Assembly (NCBI GenBank): GCA_951406725.2
Contig: OX597814.1
Span: 19,096,001-19,160,000 of the forward strand
DNA from: Octopus vulgaris
Taxonomy: Eukaryota
Direction of reading: 5' to 3'
Length of the DNA stretch: 64,000 nucleotides
The position numbers and the translations under genes were made by a program. Of the stretch, positions 55,611 to 64,000 are shown piece by piece. Positions within the stretch are counted from its first letter, which is position 1; each line of letters begins with the position of its first letter. The notes below the pieces were generated by a model that was not told the origin of the DNA, did not search any database, and was given only the letters and a program-made list of their open reading frames with translations.

Positions 55611-56985
55611 GTGAGTATATAGGGATAAGATTACCCATGCGTGATAGCTCTGAGGTATATTCCAGTTTTCGTCTAACCGCCTCAAGTAGTAATGAGCGTT
55701 AAAGATCGCTTAGTATTAGTAATCCCGATGTAAGTCTTCTGAAGGGTAACTCCAGATTTGCTTCCGATGATTATGAATATTATGAGGAATGTAGATTTCA
55801 AACAATTATAAAGAATGCTGAGACTAGTAAAGAATCTATTTTACAATTGATGATGATGATGATGATATATATATATATATATATATGATAAATCTCAGAG
55901 CGGGTTATAAACAGTAGCAAGAACGCAAACACTTAGAAGACGATACAAAAAACACGGACACATCGTTGATAGGGCACAGAAAGTGTGTCTATAGCCAGCT
56001 GGAGGAGGTGTCCTCCTGGGGCTACAAACTACAGTAGCATTCACCCTTAGGGGTTAGATTTCAAGAAGGATCGAATGTATACGGAACAGAGACAGAAAAA
56101 AGGACGATGCCACACGAATATAAAATACAAAAAACAATAATGAAATATAAATATATATATATATATATATATATGTACGTATGTACGCATGCATATGAAT
56201 AAGAAGGAAAGTAAGGGGAGAGAGAGAGAGAGAGAGAGCGAAAGACAAAGACATTGATAGAGGTATAGGTTTGGGAACCAAAAATTTAAAATTTGTATGT
56301 TTTGGGATGGCATGGTTCTGCATCGTGTCGTGTTGCCATACCATGTTTCTAACAAGACGTGATGTAGCGTGAACTCGCTTGGCGAAACGTAGTGTAATTT
56401 GACTTCAAATGCTATATCGTAACGTGTCGGCGTAACGTGACTGAGTTGGACATTTTGTGGTGTGACTTTGCGTGACGTATAATGAATTAGTTTGCTATAG
56501 CTTAAATGACTTGGCTGAACCTGACTATTTTTATGTTGCTGAATTGTTCGTTATATTATATTATAATATATTATACATTTTTTTCTTGCTGCTGGCTGCC
56601 TTCCATCGAACAGTCATAGAATAAAAAGCCATTCTAGTTATGACTATCTCACCTGTTTTTCAAGTGCATTGCCCCCCGGGCTAAATTAGGAATAAGGCAT
56701 CCTCTTAGAACACATTAGTATATGGTTTAACGGGAGTTTTGCTACTATTTTTGACAGGTATTGTGATTACTTTGGAGGTATCTCCTTGAAGTTTTCAACG
56801 CAGGTTTATTGTTGCGGTATAATATACGACAATACTACTTAGGAATGTGTCTTTTTTTTTTTATAGTCGCTATTTTTGTTGAGCAGAACTTTGACCAATG
56901 ACGTTTCAACCGTCATGTTTCTGTTACATCCACTTAAACATAACTACATTAATCTAATATATGTCTTTAAATATATGTGCGTGTG

Positions 56986-57333
56986 AAGGCGCGTGGCTCA
57001 GTGGTTAGAGCGTCGAACTTACGATCGTGAGGTTGTGAGCTCGAATCCCGGACCGGGCTGCGTGTTGTGTTCTTGAGCAAGACACTTTATTTCACGTGGC
57101 TCCAGTTCACTCAGCTGTAGAAATGAGTTGCGACGTCACAGGTGCCAAGCTGTATCGGCCCTTGCCTTTCCCTTGGACAACATCGGTGACGAGGAGAGGA
57201 GAGACCGGTATGCATGGGCGACTGCTGGTTTTCCATAAAACAACCTTGCCCAGACTTGTGCCTCAGAGGGTAACTCTCTAGATGCAAACCCATGGTCAGT
57301 GTCTGACCGAAGGGGGTCAAAAAAATAAAAAAA
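56986..57333 (+). mobile_element. tRNA-derived SINE family B, full length
   Basis: A box TGGCTCAGTGG, B-box-like GCTCGAATCCC, A-rich tail, TSD ATATGTGCGTGTG (56973-56985 and 57334-57346). Confidence 0.93.
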
Positions 57334-58094
57334 ATATGTGCGTGTGTGTATGTATGTGTGTGTATATATGTATGTGTATGCATATTTAAGTAGTTTATCT
57401 GTTATTTCTAATAGATCAAGCTACGAAGTCTCCTTTTTGTTTTTGTCATTTACAAGCGCGTATACGGCTGTGCTCTCAGGTTCTCTCACTGTACGTGACA
57501 CATTGGGCCACTGTCTTCTTCTATAGCACTGAGACGACCAAAATCTGTGTGAGTGAGTTTGGTAGATAGAAACAGTTGGTAAACACGTCGTATATGTAGA
57601 GGGATATGTATGTGTTTCTCTGAATCCGTGTGTGTCTGTGTGTGCGCGTGTGCGCACTCAAGCATATGTACGCGTGTCTTTGTATTTGCTTTCGTCCACC
57701 CACTACTTGACAACCGGTTTTGGTTGATTTTCGTCTCTGTAACATCGCACTGCTGGAGTCTATGTATTGAACTAAGCCCTCCAAAGCACTGTCTCAGCAT
57801 TAGCGCAGCCCAGTAACGGAAACAAGTAAATGATAAGAGATTTTAACACTTGTTCAGCACTAATTGAACAGAATTATATGCACAGCTGTTCCAGATTCGA
57901 CTATTGCCTATGTTTGTTCTCGCGGCTTTATCATCCACTGTATACATTCACTTCTTAGAGATTATGATGTAAAAGGACAGATTTATATTTGTTAATCCAC
58001 AGTTCAAACGCCAACGAGTAGACATATGTCACATGGTCATTTGAGTCGCGAATGCTCAGTTTTTTCAATGTTTCATATTTTCTCTAGAGAATTA

Positions 58095-58510
58095 TATTTC
58101 TTTATTGCCCACAAGGGGCTAAACATAGAAAGGACAAACAAGGACAGACACACGGATTAAGCCGATTACATCGACCACAGTGCGTAACTGGTACTTATTT
58201 AATCGACCCCGAAAAGATGAATGGCAAAGTTGACCTCGGCGGAATTTGATCTCAGAACGTAACGGCAGACGAAATACCTATTTCTTTACTACCCACAAGG
58301 GTCTACAGACAGAGTGGACAAACATGGACATACAAAGGGATTAAATCGATTGTATCGACCCCAGTGCGTAACTAGTACTTATTTAATCGACCCCGAAAGG
58401 ATGAAAGGCAAAGTCGTCCTCGGCGGAATTTGAACTCAGAACGTAGCGGCAGACGAAATACCGCTAAGCATTTTGCCCGGCGTGCTAACGATTCTGCCAG
58501 CTCGCCGCCT
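58095..58510 (-). mobile_element. SINE family D dimer
   Basis: Head at 58460-58510 and two bodies joined at AAAGAAATA|GGTATTTCG. Confidence 0.9.
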
Positions 58511-59176
58511 GCTTCTGAGATCATTTACGTGTTTCAGATAACAGAACTTGATCTTAGGGAGAATTTACTTCTATTTCTAATCAGACGACAAACCGACAGA
58601 AACCCTTCCTCTTTAGCTCCTAACAACAGATGGCCTGCTGTAGCAGCTGTAATGTACAATAGTTTCTTGAAGCGTCGTATACTGTCGTGGTTTCCCTGGT
58701 GACTCTTACAATGCGAGTTTCTCTGGGATATCAGATACAGCATTGATTGGCGTGAGGTGTTGGATGGGAGATGATGTTGCAATGAAACGATCATGGAAGA
58801 AATCTTCCGTATAAAATCCAATTAGAAATATTGAAACCACTTTATCCATGGACCATAAAGAGATACAGATTATTTCCAACGTTCTTTGTTTTATTTGAAT
58901 TGTCCGTTAAGTTTGCTTTGGATCGGTTTGGTAAATTGGTATAAAATGTATATATGTGTATGTGCGTGTGTGGGTGTGTGTGTGTGTCGGCGTGCGTGTA
59001 TGCGTGCAGGTGTGTCTATGTGTATGTATATATACTTTTATCCTTCTCTCTCTCTCTCTTTCTCTCTCTCTGTCTCTGTCTCTCTGTCTCTCTCTCTCCC
59101 TCTCTCTCTCTCTACATATATATATGTATATATGCATGTATGCATGCACGTATGTATGTATGTATGTATGTATGTA

Positions 59177-59212
<36 letters not shown>

Positions 59213-59942
59213 TAGAGAAGAGAGAGGTTTATGAGTATGTATGCATCTATGTATGTATGTATGTATGTATATATGTAGATAGGTAGGTAGGTATGTAGGT
59301 AGGTAGGTAGGGTAGGTAGGCAGGTAGGCTCAATATTATATGTAATTTGTCTCGACTTTATGCATGTCAAGGTATCCAACGACTTTTGATTTAGAGAGTT
59401 TTTCTTATTTTCTAAAAGGGAACAGATGGATAAATGGACTAAAGGCGTTTGTGCTGCTCTGGTAGTAGGGAGTCACAATAATCTGGTGCTTTATGTTGTA
59501 GAGAAATGCAGCCAAATACATTATACAGTTACAGAAAATTTTGGCAATACTTCATGGATATTTTATTTTTACGATATGACGACAGATGTTTCAATACAGA
59601 ACTTTGCAACAGTCTCCTTTTATAAGAAGTTTGCCTATAGGAGGTTTCCGATTCTGAATATATCTCTCATTCCTCTTCTTTTCACTTTTCATATACAGTA
59701 ATTTTACACAAGATTTTTGCAAACATTCAACGTAGTTATGATAGTATATCGTTCATTCTAGCGACCTAGAGAATATAAAGTTATAGGAGCAGATGTGACT
59801 GTGTGATAAGGAGCGTGCTCCCCAACCATATGGTTCCGGGTTGAGTTCCACTTGGGCAATTGTCTTCGACTATGGCCCTGTGAGTGGATTTGGTAGACGA
59901 AAACTGAAAAAAGCCCCCTCGTGTACGTACACACAAACACAC

Positions 59943-60871
59943 ACGTAAAGGTGGACTACTCAACATCCAGGAATGTAAGTACAAAAATTTCCTCTATAAA
60001 TAAAAAATAAATTAAATAATTATTATAATGGCACAATGAATAATAGCTCTAGCAATTATACAACCGATAGTAAAGGGAGTCATAATCAACAGATAAAAAT
60101 ATGTTCATGTCCTGATAAGACTAAATGTAAGCTCTCTAATAATTGTAATGTTGATAATGTAATTTATAAATGTATAGTAAACTCTAAGAACAAGAATAAT
60201 AAAATTATGAATAAGGTTTATATAGGATCTGCAGCTAAAGAAATTAATAAAAGAATCTCTCAACACTACCAGACTTTCAAAATCCTAATTTAAATAAATT
60301 CACGGGTTTAAGTAAATATATATGGAAATTAAAATCTCGAAAAATAGACTACACCATTAGATGAGTATAACAGGTAGAGCCCACTCTTATAACATTGGCA
60401 ATAAAATGTGTTGATTATGTATAACAGAATTTATGAAACTATTACAGTCTAGAGATGAATTATGAAACACATACGATGAACGAGGTGTTAAATGTAGACA
60501 CAAAAGTAAGTTTACTTTCAATAAAATGAAATACTGTACACCCACCCTTGAATCTAATAATCATGCACTTTTGATTTCTACAGCACTTGAATAGATCATA
60601 TAAATAATTAATTAAATATTACTGAAAATTATTTTATAACAAATTATATATTTTTTGGCTAATTCTGAAATTAAATCAGCAGTTTATATTTGCTGCTGAT
60701 AAGTTGGCGCGATGACGGTAGATTTTGAAAGTTTAGAGTATATATTCCCGAGGCATCGATGCTGTTGCCTCCGGAATACATATTCCCTGGCTTCTTTGCC
60801 GATGAGACGGGCCAGTGGTAAATTGATTTAATTAAATTTAATTTAATTTAATTAAGCTGGTTTTCCAAAAT

Positions 60872-60875
<4 letters not shown>
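59943..60875 (+). mobile_element. Penelope-like element 3' fragment (GIY-YIG endonuclease pseudogene plus 3' end), copy 1
   Basis: CSCPDKTKCKLSNNCNVDNVIYKCIV...VYIGSA..INKRISQH; after a frameshift NSRV/LSKYIWKLK, C.LCITE, KCRHKSK. Confidence 0.88.
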
Positions 60876-60920
<45 letters not shown>

Positions 60921-61162
60921 AACATATACTTCAAACTATATATCAACTATACATGAACTATATATCAACTATACATGAACTCTAAGATATCTGACTCCGT
61001 TGTGTATTATAAATGAATTTCTTGTGTTTGACGGCATGAGCTGTCTCTTTTTATATATAACTTTTTTTGATAAGGTTCATTTCAGGAACTGAAACATGTT
61101 ATAATGTATATATAAAAATTAAAAATTGTATAATACAGCAGCATTTTCGAACTTCATTTTTT

Positions 61163-61223
<61 letters not shown>

Positions 61224-61318
61224 CTCTGCAGTGATAACCATGACTTTGAGCCCCAGTCTCAACCCATGGCTCGCCACTTCAACCTTCATTGATATCCACT
61301 CACCACTATTCACACCAC

Positions 61319-62030
61319 CCGTAAAGGTGGACTACTCAACATCGAGGAATGTAGGTACAATCATTTCTTCTATAAATAAAAATAAATTAAATAATTATTA
61401 TAATGGCACAATGAATAATAGCTCTAGCAATTATACAACCGATAGTAAAGGGAGTCATAATCAACAGATAAAAATATGTTCATGTCCTGATAAGACTAAA
61501 TGTAAACTCTCTAATAATTGTAATGTTGATAATGTAATTTATAAATGTATAGTAAACTCTAAGAACAAGAATAATAAAATTATGAATAAGGTTTATATAG
61601 GATCTGCAGCTAAAGAAATTAATAAAAGAATCTCTCGACACTACCAGACTTTCAAAATCCTAATTTAAATAAATTCACGGGTTTAAGTAAATATATATAT
61701 GGTAATTGAAATCTCGAAAAATAGACTACAACCTTAGATGAGTATAACAGGTAGAGCCCACTCTTATAATATTGGCAATAAAATGTGTTGATTATGTATA
61801 ACAGAATTTATGAAACTATTACAGTCTAGAGATGAATTATGAAACACATACGATGAACGAGGAGTTAAATGTAGACACAAAAGTAATTTTACTTTCAATA
61901 AAATGAAATACTGTACACCCACCCTTGAATCTAATAATCATGCACTTTTGATTTCTACAGCACTTGAATAGATCATATAAATAATTAATTAAATATTACT
62001 GAAAATTATTTTATAACAAATTATATATAT
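61319..62030 (+). mobile_element. Penelope-like element GIY-YIG fragment, copy 2
   Basis: Near-identical direct repeat of 59943-60650 sharing the same disabling stops. Confidence 0.88.
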
Positions 62031-62257
62031 CCTTCAACATAGTTTGAAGATAATAAGAGAAGATAATTTAAATTAAACTATGCGTAGTGGAATTACCTCC
62101 CTTGGTACTATCACCTATAAATTCCCATATTGCTCTGCTATCTTCACTTCCTCTAATCGCCATTTTGAAAGACATCTTGGTTCCATCAAAGGAGGATATG
62201 TATCTTCATTTTTTATGTTATTTTTCATTTTTATTCTGATGTATATTTTATATCTTA

Positions 62258-62657
62258 CTAGCAGTATAGCCCGGCGTTGCTCGGGTTTGTAAGGGAAATA
62301 ACTATATAAGCATTTTTAGAGAGTTATAGCCAAAAAATAGCAAAAAATGCATTAAAAATGGGAAAAAAATGATGGTAATTTTTTTTTAAATCGTTGACTC
62401 ATCGTAGACATTTTTAGAGAGTTACTTCCCTTATTTAATAATGAAAAAAATGCATTAAAATGGAAAAAAATGATGGTAAATTTTTTTTTAAATCGTAGAC
62501 TCATCGTAGACGCGCGCTAATACCCAGAAGGGCTCGATATGAATCACGACTATAAGATACCCGCTTTTGGTTACACTGCACCGCAAAATGTGGGAGTAGT
62601 TAGGAATCTAAATCATAGGAGACAGACAGCACACAACCTCACTTTTATATATAAAGA
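62258..62657 (-). mobile_element. Non-autonomous Helitron
   Basis: Reverse complement of the 5999 family: TC...hairpin-CTAG, A|T site. Confidence 0.9.
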
Positions 62658-62897
62658 TATTTTGTATTTGACATTACATATTTGACTTTATAAGATTGAT
62701 ATATGTTACTAATTCCTATTTATAATGTATAATTTATAATTTACAATTTTTAATTCTTCACTTATATATAATTTTTAAGGTTTGATCTAATGTTTAATTT
62801 AGCACTTAATTTTAAAGTGATGTAAAATTAGATTGAGAATATTTTGAAGAAGCACATGAACATATGTTGGTAGAATTGTAAATCTGGGGACTGCATA

Positions 62898-62988
<91 letters not shown>

Positions 62989-63449
62989 TATAATTTTCGC
63001 AATACTGAAACACACAAAGGGAACGAATTGTTCCTGACGCTATCACCCTTCTCCTTTTACTCTTTTACTTGTTTAAAGTGAAAACAGTTGACTGCGACAG
63101 CGATAAAGAAAACGAATTGGCCTGAATGGAGTGAAAATTTAAAGCAACTGTTTCTTTCGGTGATTTTTCTGAAGAAACTGCACCAAGCCACAGACTTTCC
63201 CAGAAGAGTAAAGCCTTAGACTATTTCTATTTACTTTTTGCCAATGAGCCCATTTGAAATCATTACGGGGCAGAACACGAAACGTTACGCTAAACGTAAA
63301 CAAAACGACAGACACACATAGTTTGTTATTTCCCACAACCTTACACATAAATTAAGGCCTATTTTGCCATATACATATTATTATGGGTTTCAGAAAGTTA
63401 CCCAGAATAACAAATTCTATCGTAAAATTTTGTTGTATACCCAATTGAG

Positions 63450-63940
63450 GCTATTAGCTAATAACCCATTTTCTATAGCGATGTTTGAACAAAATTTTAA
63501 TAATTTTATATATTGTTGAATTTACCTGTATCCACCTGCAATTACAGTCACTTTGTGACAAAAATTATAGAATAGAATTGGTTGAGGACATTTCATTAAA
63601 TTATCTTCCAAAATTCACGTTAATATATTGATAAATAAAAAAGTTATTGTTGTTTAATGAAACCAGACTAAATTTATGATTACGTTAGAAATTAATTGAA
63701 ACACATAAGGGGTGTATTTTGGTCAGAAATATAGTAACGAAAGGGTTAAGAAAAACCAAAAAATATTTTATTCTTTATGTTTTATCTGAAATAGAATGCC
63801 CGCATATCTATTGATCCCTAACGATGAATTATTATTGTTGTTTATTATATAGTTTGTATATTTCTAGATAAATATATAAATATATGACAATCAAGACCCC
63901 ACTGTACGATATGCAGATGCATGTAATGGTAAAGGGTTAA
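63450..63940. mobile_element. Possible piggyBac-type non-autonomous element ends
   Basis: Two AAAGGGTTAA termini (~63749 and ~63940); no convincing matching left end seen. Confidence 0.35.
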
Positions 63941-64000
63941 TACAATTGTTTGTTTGTTTTCCACCTGCCTTCGTCTTTTGTCTATTTTCATAAAGCTTCC

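Noticed and set aside
58534-58821. 95-aa non-repetitive ORF
   Set aside because: No recognisable motif or clear splice signals; cannot be supported as a gene.

Overview
Gene-poor, AT-rich eukaryotic intergenic or intronic DNA. The SINE repertoire and extreme microsatellite load suggest a cephalopod (Octopus-like) genome, which is an inference. No intact host protein-coding gene is supported, and nearly all listed ORFs are microsatellite or SINE artefacts. The window is a mosaic of four SINE families, L1/Tx1, R4/Dong and RTE LINE fragments, two mariner transposons, non-autonomous Helitrons and Penelope-like (PLE) GIY-YIG fragments. Two hidden systems stand out. (1) About a dozen short non-coding elements next to (TA)n tracts carry minimal type I hammerhead-ribozyme motifs. 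One is fully canonical and sits inside a 118-bp-arm palindrome at 28468-28720, and several other fold-back elements share that architecture, consistent with non-autonomous PLE/retrozyme-like elements. (2) A SINE shares its 3' tail with the local Tx1-like LINE, inserts at GGTA sites and, because it contains GGTAT itself, inserts into itself to build tandem multimers. All coordinates were read by eye and may be off by a few bases.
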